Of a stretch of 64,000 nt of DNA, positions 1 through 8,211 are shown one piece after another. The stretch comes from Candidatus Moraniibacteriota bacterium (GTDB lineage: Bacteria; Patescibacteriota; Minisyncoccia; Moranbacterales; UBA1568). The position numbers and the translations under genes are program-made. The notes beneath the pieces are model-generated. The model saw only the letters and a list, made by a program, of their open reading frames with translations. It did no database searches and was not told where the DNA came from. The first letter of the stretch is position 1. Each line of letters starts with the position of its first letter. The stretch lies in assembly GCA_028688415.1 (NCBI GenBank), contig JAQTYF010000001.1, positions 780,020 through 844,019 on the forward strand, given 5' to 3'.

Positions 1-1
1 T

Positions 2-277
2 ATGGAGCGAGAAATTACTCTAAAAAAGGGGGTTCTGATGACAATTGCTAAGATTGACACATCACCAGATCTCAGGTACACTCGTATGTTCGTGAGTGTT
101 TTTCCTGAAACAGAGAGTCATTATGTCTCTGAAACACTCAAGAAAGAGCTTTCTAATATTCAAAAACATCTCTATACAAAGCTTCATATGAAGCCAATGC
201 CGAAAATTTCGTTTGAAATAGACACGACGGCTCAAAATGCAGATGTTGTTGAGAAGCTTTTGAAGGAAATATTTTAG
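2..277 (+). CDS. rbfA: ribosome-binding factor A
   Basis: 91 aa; typical RbfA length and composition (KH-like). ATG at position 2 may be the true start. Confidence 0.7.
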   Translation: MEREITLKKGVLMTIAKIDTSPDLRYTRMFVSVFPETESHYVSETLKKELSNIQKHLYTKLHMKPMPKISFEIDTTAQNADVVEKLLKEIF

Positions 278-313
278 CTATTATAAAGCTTTATTCAGAG
301 TTATCCACATGTT

Positions 314-1273
314 ATGCAAAACTTCTTCTCTGAATTTCATACCCTTAAATACATCATTGAACAGTCTGAAAGGATTCTTCTTTTTGCTCATAGCAGGCCT
401 GATCCAGATACTGTTGGAGCAAATCTCGCGCTTGCTGAATATATCGAAAATTGTGGAAAACATGTGGATATCGCTTGTTTTGATGCTTTTCCTGATTCAT
501 TGAGACCGCTTCTTGACGGTGTATTCTTCCATCCCGATCAACTCGATCTCACAAACTATGATGCTGTTATTGCCTCTGACAGTGTCGATCGTGGATTCGA
601 TAAAATAAAACACTTGTTTTCAGAACAACAGGTAATTGTGCTTATCGATCATCATCCTGACATTTCTCTTTCTGGCGACGTCATCATTATTGATCCAGAA
701 TATTCCTCATCATCCGAGATTCTTTATCTTTTTTTATCTACTGAAGAGATCAATATAACCAAAACAATAGCAAAAATGCTTCTTACCGGAATACTCTTCG
801 ATACAGGAGGATTACAGCATTCTAACGTTTCGCCACATGTAGTAGAAATAGTTTCAGAGCTTGTAAAAAAGGGGGCTCCGCTTGAAAAAATAACTCAAAC
901 TATTTTTACAAAAAAAACCATTGGGGCACTTAAACTTTGGGGAAGAGCCTTCGAAAAAGCGCGATTTAGCAGAGAGAGCGGTATGCTTGTCACCGCGATC
1001 ACTCGAGAAGATATCAAAGAATGTCAGGCATCTGTCGAAGATATTTATCAAGTATCGTCTATTCTCAGCGCTGTACCCGATACCAAGTTTGCTCTTGTTC
1101 TCTCAGAAAGAGATGATGATACTATCCGTGCCAGTATTCGTTCTGGGGAAGGGGCTGGGGTCGATGTGTCAGCTATAGCACATCAGTTTGGTGGCGGAGG
1201 ACACAAACTTGCCAGTGGATTCGAAATACAAGGAAAACTCCTCACAACAGATACTGGATGGATAATACAATAA
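314..1273 (+). CDS. nrnA: DHH/DHHA1 phosphoesterase, NrnA-like oligoribonuclease/pAp phosphatase
   Basis: DHH motif I (HSRPDPDTVGA), DHH motif (LIDHHPD), C-terminal GGGGH (DHHA1). Confidence 0.8.
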   Translation: MQNFFSEFHTLKYIIEQSERILLFAHSRPDPDTVGANLALAEYIENCGKHVDIACFDAFPDSLRPLLDGVFFHPDQLDLTNYDAVIASDSVDRGFDKIKHLFSEQQVIVLIDHHPDISLSGDVIIIDPEYSSSSEILYLFLSTEEINITKTIAKMLLTGILFDTGGLQHSNVSPHVVEIVSELVKKGAPLEKITQTIFTKKTIGALKLWGRAFEKARFSRESGMLVTAITREDIKECQASVEDIYQVSSILSAVPDTKFALVLSERDDDTIRASIRSGEGAGVDVSAIAHQFGGGGHKLASGFEIQGKLLTTDTGWIIQ

Positions 1274-1280
1274 AAAATGT

Positions 1281-1886
1281 ATGAAAAAGAAAATCAATAC
1301 AAAAAAAGAGAAGGAGTTGCAATCTGTCAACGATTACTGGAAAGAACATTGTATCTGTGTACTTCGCACAGGAGCGACACAGGCGGTCCCTGGAAACGGA
1401 AATGCTGATGCAGATATTCTCCTGATAGGGGAGGCTCCAGGGAAAAAAGAGGATATAGAAGGTGTTCCGTTTATTGGTTCAGCAGGAAAGTTCTTGAGTG
1501 AAATGCTTGCCTCTATCAACCTTAACCGTGAAGATATATTCATCACCAATGTCGTCAAATACCGTCCACCAGAAAATCGTGATCCATCACCAGAAGAAAA
1601 GGAAGCCTGCAGACAATGGCTCGTTGATCAGGTAAAGGTTATCAATCCAGTGCTCATCGTCACGCTCGGACGGCACGCGATGGAAAACTTTATTCTAGAC
1701 AAAAAAATTTCTGAAGTGCATGGGAAAACATTCTGTATTACACTTCCAGATCTCGGGACACGGACGTTCTATTGCCTCTATCATCCAGCGGCTGCACTCT
1801 ACAATGGAGGACTACGAGAAGCACTTAAAAAAGATTTCAAGAAAATCCCACGCCTCCTCAAAAAATTTCAAAAAAAAGATATATAA
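1281..1886 (+). CDS. uracil-DNA glycosylase, family 4
   Basis: GEAPG..E...PFIGSAG motif and HPAAALY near the C-terminus. Confidence 0.8.
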   Translation: MKKKINTKKEKELQSVNDYWKEHCICVLRTGATQAVPGNGNADADILLIGEAPGKKEDIEGVPFIGSAGKFLSEMLASINLNREDIFITNVVKYRPPENRDPSPEEKEACRQWLVDQVKVINPVLIVTLGRHAMENFILDKKISEVHGKTFCITLPDLGTRTFYCLYHPAAALYNGGLREALKKDFKKIPRLLKKFQKKDI

Positions 1887-1892
1887 CAAAAA

Positions 1893-1914
1893 ATCCCGAG
1901 TGATCGGGATTTTA
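1893..1914. terminator. rho-independent hairpin terminator (bidirectional)
   Basis: atcccga-gtga-tcgggat stem-loop followed by a T-run and preceded by an A-run. Confidence 0.5.
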
Positions 1915-2047
1915 CTTTACATGTTCAGATTTTTGATAAGCTCTTAGACATATCTCTACAAATTTTCAAACTGCGTTGAGAACTTGATGGAGAGGAGAAA
2001 TGTTTGATTCAAACACTTCTCCAAGATTGCGTTTTTGTAAAAAATTG

Positions 2048-2386
2048 TTACCTTCCCCAGGAACATGAGATGGTTTGAGCATCTTTCCGGTAGATACTCC
2101 CTGGATTGTGAGTAATAAAGGTTGCTTCACATGAAATAAAAGCGAGTGTCTCTTTTTCGACGATGCGTGCTTTTTCATCCAAAACTTCCTGAAAAGCAAT
2201 TTCTTTGTCTTCCTTGAAGGGATATTTTTCAGAGGTGATATTTTGAAACTCCATAAAGAGCGGGTCGAGAGCCGTTTTGAGCTTTTCTTCGTTCCACAAA
2301 GGAATAAGAATGAAAAGCAGAAAGGCACTGGAAAACACCCCGAGAAAAAGAACAGATGACTTACTCATAGGAACCTTTCTGAGCAA
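2048..2386 (-). CDS. hypothetical small secreted protein
   Basis: ORF with an N-terminal signal-like hydrophobic segment (MSKSSVLFLGVFSSAFLLFIL). Start may be at 2368. Confidence 0.4.
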   Translation of the reverse strand: MLRKVPMSKSSVLFLGVFSSAFLLFILIPLWNEEKLKTALDPLFMEFQNITSEKYPFKEDKEIAFQEVLDEKARIVEKETLAFISCEATFITHNPGSIYRKDAQTISCSWGR

Positions 2387-2507
2387 ATGCTCGATGAATG
2401 TGTAAAAGAACCACCTCGAATTTCCGAAGAGAGTACTATAGCATCAGAAAAAAGATAAAGCAAGAACAAAAAAAGTCTTCTCATCAAAAAGAGAAGACTA
2501 GTGGGTG

Positions 2508-2590
2508 TGCCGCGGGCGAGACTCGAACTCGCACGACCTTGCGATCCGAGGATTTTAAGTCCTCTGCGTATACCATTCCGCCACCGCGGC
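2508..2590 (-). tRNA. tRNA-Leu (anticodon TAA)
   Basis: Manual fold: acceptor GCCGCGG/CCGCGGC, anticodon loop CTTAAAA, long variable arm, T-loop TTCGAGT. CCA not encoded. Confidence 0.8.
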
Positions 2591-2741
2591 TAACGAAAAC
2601 TATGAGGTCCGAAACGGAGTTGAACCGTTGTGAAAGGTTTTGCAGACCTTCGCCTAACCGCTCGGCCATCGGACCTATTCTTTTCTCTGTTAAAACAGTA
2701 TTCTCAGTGTATCGAAATTTCGCTAGAACGTCAACAAAAAA

Positions 2742-2774
2742 AGCACTCTTCAACAAGCTCAGAGTGCTTTTTTG
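2742..2774. terminator. hairpin terminator downstream of the 3D-domain gene
   Basis: agcactct ... agagtgct stem flanked by an A-run and a T-run. Confidence 0.5.
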
Positions 2775-2779
2775 TTTGC

Positions 2780-3334
2780 TTAGTCAACGATTTCAGCAAC
2801 GAGATTTCGACGACCGAATGCGAATGCTTCACCTTTTGTTTCCATATAGATATCGAAGTGATTGCCCTTTATAGCACCACCACGATCTTCACAACGGAGC
2901 ACTCCCACGCCTTCGATAGCAATTTTCGTACCAAAAGGATACGATGGAGGACAAGCAAGTGTTCGTTTTTCTTCCACTTTGAGTCCTGAAGCAGTAATAC
3001 CATCAGATTTTCCACATTCATCGGCTGCTGCAGTATAAGCTGAAGCATTGATGATGAATTTTTCCTTCGAAAGAGATTTCCAGAGATGTTCCTGCTTTTC
3101 CTTCCAACGATTGAGAATTTTTTCTTCTTTTGAAGGAACGACATTCTCAGAAACTATTACCTGTTCTTTTTCTTCTATTTCAAAAGTCCACTTCAAAAGA
3201 AAGGGGTCCGTTTTGAAACTATAGAGACTTGACAAAGGAAGACTATTTTCTTGAGCATCTACCGATGCTGTATTTGTGTTAAAAAGAGCTACTGTAAGTA
3301 CTACTACGAAAAGAAGATCCTTTCGAAATGTCAT
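2780..3334 (-). CDS. secreted 3D-domain protein (MltA/RlpA-like cell-wall binding, lytic transglycosylase-like)
   Basis: Signal peptide, then C-terminal DECGKSDGITASG...FGTKI...GGAIKGNHFDIY 3D-domain signature. Confidence 0.65.
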   Translation of the reverse strand: MTFRKDLLFVVVLTVALFNTNTASVDAQENSLPLSSLYSFKTDPFLLKWTFEIEEKEQVIVSENVVPSKEEKILNRWKEKQEHLWKSLSKEKFIINASAYTAAADECGKSDGITASGLKVEEKRTLACPPSYPFGTKIAIEGVGVLRCEDRGGAIKGNHFDIYMETKGEAFAFGRRNLVAEIVD

Positions 3335-3679
3335 AGATTGTCTTTAGGAGTAAACTCTGTCCCTCGTAAGGGAGAAAGGTTGGCTTCTTAAGTCAACTGG
3401 AGATAATAGCATATTATACAAGTTTTGTCAATACTGATAAACAGATTATTAGCTTATATAAAGCATTTATGTACATAAAAGATCCTATTTTCGAGTCTTT
3501 TTTGTTCAAATATCATACCGCGACAAAGAAAAATCCCTATCCGGAAATGGACAGGGATTTTACTTTGTTGGAGCGGGTAAGGGGAGTCCTTTTTGCTCCG
3601 ACAAAAAGCCGGGGCGCTACACACAGAATACTCGCTCGCTCGCATTCGACTCGCGCCCTTCTCCTCCCACTTACCCAGA

Positions 3680-3712
3680 AAAACTAAAAGACCCAGTAAA
3701 TCTGGATCTTTT
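3680..3712 (-). terminator. hairpin terminator immediately after tRNA-Gly
   Basis: 10-bp stem with one mismatch (aaaagaccc-ag/taaat/ctgggatctttt) followed by a U-run on the minus strand. Confidence 0.5.
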
Positions 3713-3722
3713 AGTTCTTTTG

Positions 3723-3794
3723 AGCGGGTAAGGGGAGTCGAACCCCTATCTAATCCTTGGCAAGGACTCATAATAGCCGCTATACGATACCCGC
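3723..3794 (-). tRNA. tRNA-Gly (anticodon GCC)
   Basis: Manual fold: acceptor GCGGGTA/TACCCGC, anticodon loop TTGCCAA, T-loop TTCGACT. Confidence 0.8.
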
Positions 3795-3932
3795 TTACTC
3801 CGCCAGCTGGCGGATTCGGCGGACAAGCCCGCTATAGCCATCTGACATTTTTACTACACTCTCTATTTTTTTTATATTCTTCTATTCCTCTGTGGGACTG
3901 GTTGGAATCGGACCAACGACCAAGCGGTTATG

Positions 3933-4542
3933 CTTCTCACTATTGCTTTCACAACTTTTTTCAAATTTGTGAGCTGGACTATCCCTTCACCCAAAGGTAG
4001 GGTGTCTGCCGTCTAGTCTCTACACCTTCCTCAACAAACGAGGCTTGGCTCGGGATTGTCATGTAGCTTATCGCCATTTAGATTTCCCCGAATTTGACAG
4101 AGTATCACCCAAAGATTACTCTCTGGGCAGCCCTGCTAGATTCATTCGTTTTGTGTTATGATAATGTTATGAAAAAACTCATAACATGTGTGGTGTGTAA
4201 AAAAGAGTTGTCTGGCAGACAAACAGTTTTTTGTTCCGCCATTTGTAAAAACCAACTTCATCAATCATATCAATCCCAACAAGCCAGAGGCTTAGAGAGA
4301 AAGATGTCACTTTTGAAACAGTTTGGTGGAAAATGTTCAGTTTGTGGCTATAACAAAAATCTTGCCGCATTGACTTTTCACCATATTGACCCAAAAGAAA
4401 AAAGATTTCAGCTGGATATGAGATCTCTTTCAAACAGAAAGCAATCTCATATTGACGAGGAAGCAAGCAAATGTTTGCTTATTTGCAATAACTGTCACGC
4501 CGAATTACACAATCCACAACACAATTTAGAATGAACTCTTTG
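3933..4542 (-). mobile_element. group I intron in the tRNA(CAT) anticodon loop
   Basis: 5' exon ends in U33 and the intron ends in G. Conserved core elements occur in canonical order on the minus strand: P-like AAAUUCGGGGAAA (4081-4095), Q-like AAUCCCGAGCC (4047-4057), R-like UAGAGACUAGACGG (4009-4022), S-like GGGAUAGUCCAG (3974-3985). P7 pairs GACUA with UAGUC. Confidence 0.6.
4169..4534 (+). CDS. HNH endonuclease (homing-endonuclease-like), encoded antisense within the tRNA intron
   Basis: CVVCKK...CSVCGYNKNLAALTFHHIDPKEK...CNNCHAELH: zinc-finger plus HNH motif. The ORF extends upstream to 4094. Confidence 0.7.
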   Translation: MKKLITCVVCKKELSGRQTVFCSAICKNQLHQSYQSQQARGLERKMSLLKQFGGKCSVCGYNKNLAALTFHHIDPKEKRFQLDMRSLSNRKQSHIDEEASKCLLICNNCHAELHNPQHNLE

Positions 4543-4604
4543 AGCCGCGCGCTCTACCACTGAGCTACAGTCCCACTACGCTTTACCTATTGACTACTCT
4601 TTTC

Positions 4605-4634
4605 TCTTCACAGACTTTTGTGCCGAGGGACAGG
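4605..4634 (-). repeat. partial duplicate of the tRNA-Phe 3' end plus its 3' flank
   Basis: tcttcacagacttttgtgccgagggacagg is about 90 percent identical to 4793-4822. No complete cloverleaf can be formed. Confidence 0.5.
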
Positions 4635-4808
4635 TATTTCACTACTCGTCCTTCGGGCTGCGTTCTCTAGGACTTCCGTCCTTGAGTCCTGCTTCGCAGG
4701 TCACCTCAAACGGGCAAACAAATGTTTTCCCGACCCCTTTCCTGTTCAATCGTAACATTTTGAAAGGTTCTTGAGAACAACCTTATTCTTACTCTTTACA
4801 GACTTTTG

Positions 4809-4880
<72 letters not shown>

Positions 4881-4949
4881 ATCATCGCAAACAAACTCAT
4901 GTGTATATCCAGTGTATAACTCTTCTTTTTCTTTTTTATAAGCCGTTTG

Positions 4950-5023
4950 TGCGCGCTCAAGGATTCGAACCTTGGACCCCCTCGGTGTAAACGAGGTGCT
5001 CTAACCAACTGAGCTAAGCGCGC
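4950..5023 (-). tRNA. tRNA-Val (anticodon TAC)
   Basis: Manual fold: acceptor GCGCGCT/AGCGCGC, anticodon loop TTTACAC, T-loop TTCGAAT. Confidence 0.85.
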
Positions 5024-5052
5024 CCAATACTACTTACTATTCATTCATTCTG

Positions 5053-5135
5053 TGCCCAGGAGAAGACTCGAACTTCCAATCCCTTGCGAGAACTAGCACC
5101 TCAAGCTAGCGCGTATACCATTCCGCCACCTGGGC
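5053..5135 (-). tRNA. tRNA-Leu (anticodon GAG)
   Basis: Manual fold: acceptor GCCCAGG/CCTGGGC, anticodon loop TTGAGGT, long variable arm, T-loop TTCGAGT. Confidence 0.8.
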
Positions 5136-5226
5136 TTAAACCCACATTGGGTTATATACCTACACCATTCCGACTACTCAATTTGGGGAAAGACTCCAAT
5201 TCTTATCGAATCAAAGTCTGGGGAGG

Positions 5227-5652
5227 CTATTTTACTTCTTCAGTCACTACAGGAGCAACCACTTCTTTCTTAGCTACTTTAAGAGAACTTTTCTTCACAA
5301 CAACTTCTTTCAATTTCTTACTCAATACTTTAACAGACTTATCACGAACAAAATAGAGCTTGGCACGACGTGCACGCGTACGCTTCACAAATTCAATTTT
5401 CTCAATTTGTGGCGAAGACAAAGGAAAAACTATCTCGACACCGACATTGAAAGACACTTTTCGTACAGTAATAGTCTTGGAAGCGCTCTGTCCTCCCTTG
5501 ATAGCAATAATTGTTCCCTGAAATGATTGCAAACGTTCTTTTCCGCCTTCTTTGATCTTACGAAAAATCTTGACAACATCCCCAGACTGAATCTCAGGTA
5601 TATCAAGAGGTTTTCTCTGCTTTAAATTAAAAGATATCAATTTCTGTTCCAT
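5227..5652 (-). CDS. rplS: 50S ribosomal protein L19 with a Lys/Val-rich C-terminal extension
   Basis: N-terminal L19 signature (DIPEIQSGDVVKI...GTIIAIKG). Confidence 0.85.
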   Translation of the reverse strand: MEQKLISFNLKQRKPLDIPEIQSGDVVKIFRKIKEGGKERLQSFQGTIIAIKGGQSASKTITVRKVSFNVGVEIVFPLSSPQIEKIEFVKRTRARRAKLYFVRDKSVKVLSKKLKEVVVKKSSLKVAKKEVVAPVVTEEVK

Positions 5653-5734
5653 AATAGTGCGCTACCCAAGAGGCTTTTTGTTCTGAAAAAGCACGAGCAA
5701 ATAAAAAAATTAAAAAGAAAAACCTTGACCTTTG

Positions 5735-6763
5735 TTATTGTACTAACAGGCTTTCTAAGGCCTCATCATCATACCCTGCATCTCGCGTTTCGTCAATATC
5801 TCTCAAGACTGTTCGAAAATCAGGAGCTAGTGGCGCAAAAAAGGCATATTTCTTGGCAAAGAGAGTGAATTCCAAACAAGAAGCGTGGAGCAACTGTCGC
5901 TTCACAAGAAGATTCTTTTCTTGTCGTACGTATTTCGATGCATACAGTGTATCACCAACAATGGGATTACCTATGGAAGCGAGATGAACGCGTATCTGAT
6001 GCGTACGACCAGTACGAGGCATCACCTCGAGGAGATCATATGCTCCGTAGCGAGCAATGACACGATACAATGTTTGTGCCTGACGCGCGCCTTCTGGCAC
6101 ATCGTTCGTCTCTACAACAAAACGTTTCAACTCACCCGAACGACGAATAAGGGGTTTATTGATTTCACCTGAAAGAAACTCTGTATGTCCGTACACGAGA
6201 GCGAGATATGTTTTTTTAATTTTTCGGTCATGAAAAAGCTCTTTGAGACTATCAAAGGATGCTTCTGTCCGGGCTACCACTAATACTCCTGAAGTATCAC
6301 GATCAAGGCGATGAACGATACCAGGACGAAGAGCATCTCCACCAATATCACGAGTTTCTGGATATTGTGCAATAAGAGAGTGAACGAGTGTTTTTCGTTC
6401 ATCTCTGCCCGCCGGGTGAACCTGAAGACCAAAGGGTTTATTGATAGCGATCAAATATTCATCTTCATACAGAATCGTGAGAGGAGAATCATGAAAGGGC
6501 TCTACTACCAAAACAGGGGAAATAAAGGCTTCTTGTGGCAAAGTAATCACATCATGGAGCTTCATCTTGCATGTTGCTTTCGCGACTACTCCATTCAACG
6601 ATATCTTTCCTTCATTTGCCAAAGAAGCAATCATATTCCTTGAACACTTCTTTTCTGGAAAGCTTTCTTGTAATAAATCAAAAACAGCCACATCAAGTCG
6701 TTTATCGACGAGGTGACGAGGAATTTCTAGAAAGATATTTCCTGCTGATGGAGGTATGTACAT
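5735..6763 (-). CDS. rluD: RluA-family 23S rRNA pseudouridine synthase (RluD-like) with an N-terminal S4 domain
   Basis: HRLDRDTSGVLVVA catalytic motif; S4-like N-terminus. Confidence 0.8.
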   Translation of the reverse strand: MYIPPSAGNIFLEIPRHLVDKRLDVAVFDLLQESFPEKKCSRNMIASLANEGKISLNGVVAKATCKMKLHDVITLPQEAFISPVLVVEPFHDSPLTILYEDEYLIAINKPFGLQVHPAGRDERKTLVHSLIAQYPETRDIGGDALRPGIVHRLDRDTSGVLVVARTEASFDSLKELFHDRKIKKTYLALVYGHTEFLSGEINKPLIRRSGELKRFVVETNDVPEGARQAQTLYRVIARYGAYDLLEVMPRTGRTHQIRVHLASIGNPIVGDTLYASKYVRQEKNLLVKRQLLHASCLEFTLFAKKYAFFAPLAPDFRTVLRDIDETRDAGYDDEALESLLVQ

Positions 6764-6832
6764 AATAAACCAGACTGACTACACAAATAACAGACTCTGA
6801 AGTATACTATATGGTATTGAGCTGAAGAGCAA

Positions 6833-6870
6833 GCCTGCCCGCAACGCTTCGCGTAGCGATGCAGGCGGGG
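6833..6870. repeat. GC-rich short repeat element, copy A (intergenic)
   Basis: gcctgcccgcaacgcttcgcgtagcgatgcaggcgggg sits in an AT-rich divergent promoter region. It is about 85 percent identical to 45647-45690. Confidence 0.5.
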
Positions 6871-6896
6871 CTCGTCTAATAAATATAAGCTACTGT

Positions 6897-7910
6897 ATGA
6901 AAATTGCATTTTTCGAAACGAGCGCAAGTGATCAAGCGTTTCTCAGTCCGCTTCTGCAGGGTCACGATGTTTCGTTTTTTTCCGAACCTTTGACAAAGGA
7001 AAATGTCACTGTTGCTTCGGAATATGAAGTTGTTTCTGTGTTTATCTACTCGACACTCACTGCTGATATTATTGATCAATTACACAATGTCCGTTGTATC
7101 GCAACACGTTCCACAGGATTCGACCATATCGATCTTCCGACGTGTGAAACAAAAGACATCACCGTACTCCATGTTCCTCACTATGGCGAGAACACTGTAG
7201 CAGAACACGCCTTTGCTCTCATTCTCGCTCTTTCTCGTAATGTCCATAAATCCTATGCACGAGGACTCAAAGAAGACTTTTCTATCGAGGGTCTTATCGG
7301 GTTTGACCTGAAAGACAAAACTCTTGGTGTCATCGGAACAGGACGTATCGGACTACATGTTATTCGTATTGCCAAAGGTTTTGGCATGCATGTGCTCGCC
7401 TTTGATGTCTTTCATAATACACTCCTTTCTGAAATACTCCATTTCAGTTATGCATCACTCGATGAGGTACTTGCTCAGTCTGATATCATCACCCTACATA
7501 CTCCCTACAATAAACACACTCACCATCTCATCAATAACGAAACGATCAAAAAAATCAAGAAGGGAGCGCTTCTCATCAACACCGCTCGCGGTGGTCTTAT
7601 CGAAAACGAAGCCCTTATCAAAGCGCTCGATGAAAAAATTCTCTCAGGAGCTGGTCTTGACGTCCTCGAGGGAGAAGAATACATCAAAGAAGAAGGGCAG
7701 TGTCTCCACGAAGATTGCGCGCCTTCTCGTGCACATCAGATTGATCAAAACAAGAACCTCTTGAGCCGTGATAACGTCGTATTCACTCCTCATATCGGAT
7801 TTTACAGTGAAGAAGCTCTCAAGCGCATTCTTGAAACAACCGCAGAAAATATCGTACAATACGGTCTTGGAAAGAAAGAAAATCAAGTTCATTCTTTGTC
7901 TCAAAAATAG
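6897..7910 (+). CDS. D-isomer-specific 2-hydroxyacid dehydrogenase (D-lactate dehydrogenase-like)
   Basis: GVIGTGRIGLHV NAD-binding Rossmann motif; catalytic R/E/H region (INTARG...D..AL). Confidence 0.75.
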   Translation: MKIAFFETSASDQAFLSPLLQGHDVSFFSEPLTKENVTVASEYEVVSVFIYSTLTADIIDQLHNVRCIATRSTGFDHIDLPTCETKDITVLHVPHYGENTVAEHAFALILALSRNVHKSYARGLKEDFSIEGLIGFDLKDKTLGVIGTGRIGLHVIRIAKGFGMHVLAFDVFHNTLLSEILHFSYASLDEVLAQSDIITLHTPYNKHTHHLINNETIKKIKKGALLINTARGGLIENEALIKALDEKILSGAGLDVLEGEEYIKEEGQCLHEDCAPSRAHQIDQNKNLLSRDNVVFTPHIGFYSEEALKRILETTAENIVQYGLGKKENQVHSLSQK

Positions 7911-7950
7911 ATTTTAAAAGAAAGAAGGAGAGCGCTTCTCTTTTCCATTG

Positions 7951-7978
7951 CACAGAAAGCTTTTTTCTGTGTTTTTTT
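7951..7978 (+). terminator. rho-independent terminator
   Basis: cacagaaa-gcttt-tttctgtg hairpin followed by a T-run. Confidence 0.55.
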
Positions 7979-8138
7979 CTTTTTCTTCATTCATCTCTTT
8001 TCCTCTTTTTTCCTGAAAAAAAATCTTTGCCTCTTTCTTCTCAATTGTGTATGAAAATATATCTCTACCACTATATATAGTTGAAAACAAAAAATAAAAG
8101 AAAAATAGTCTCCATTTGTCGGCTTAAAATGGGGCAAG

Positions 8139-8167
8139 TTGACACATCGAAATCAACCCTCTATTAT
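8139..8167 (+). promoter_or_regulatory. sigma70-like promoter upstream of the peroxiredoxin gene
   Basis: TTGACA, 17-nt spacer, TATTAT, located 45 nt upstream of the ATG. Confidence 0.45.
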
Positions 8168-8211
8168 GGGGAGACCGTCAGTTTATTTTAATCAACACTA
8201 ACAGTAAAAAT

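Larger units (their letters stand above)
3893..4574 (-). tRNA. tRNA-Met/Ile2 (anticodon CAT), split by an intron in the anticodon loop
   Basis: Exon 1 is 4543-4574: acceptor GGGACTG, canonical D-arm GCTC-AGTGGTA-GAGC, anticodon stem CGCGG, then CU. Exon 2 is 3893-3932: CATAA-CCGCT, T-arm GTTGG-TCCGATT-CCAAC, acceptor CAGTCCC, discriminator A. The joined sequence gives a 73-nt cloverleaf with anticodon loop CUCAUAA. Confidence 0.55.

Noticed and set aside
1966-2328. 120-aa Lys-rich ORF overlapping 2048-2386
   Set aside because: The alternative frame carries a plausible signal peptide, and the Lys-rich frame is low-complexity. Only one can be real; the signal-peptide ORF was kept, with low confidence.
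3573-3590. First copy of gagcgggtaaggggagtc as a possible second tRNA-Gly
   Set aside because: There is no T-loop (TTCGA) and no pairing partner for an acceptor stem, so it is not a tRNA.
3335-3722. Searched the 390-nt non-coding region beside tRNA-Gly for RNase P RNA, tmRNA or SRP RNA
   Set aside because: No P4-type GGAAAGUCCGG or ACAGAAxCCGGCUUA motifs, no tmRNA tRNA-like termini, no SRP domain IV GGAA motif context. Only a weak GGGUAAGGGG resemblance was seen, which is explained as a duplicate of the tRNA-Gly 3' end.
4635-4792. Possible additional tRNA or second intron between tRNA-Met and tRNA-Phe
   Set aside because: No cloverleaf or group I core elements could be assembled. Treated as a decayed duplicate or spacer.
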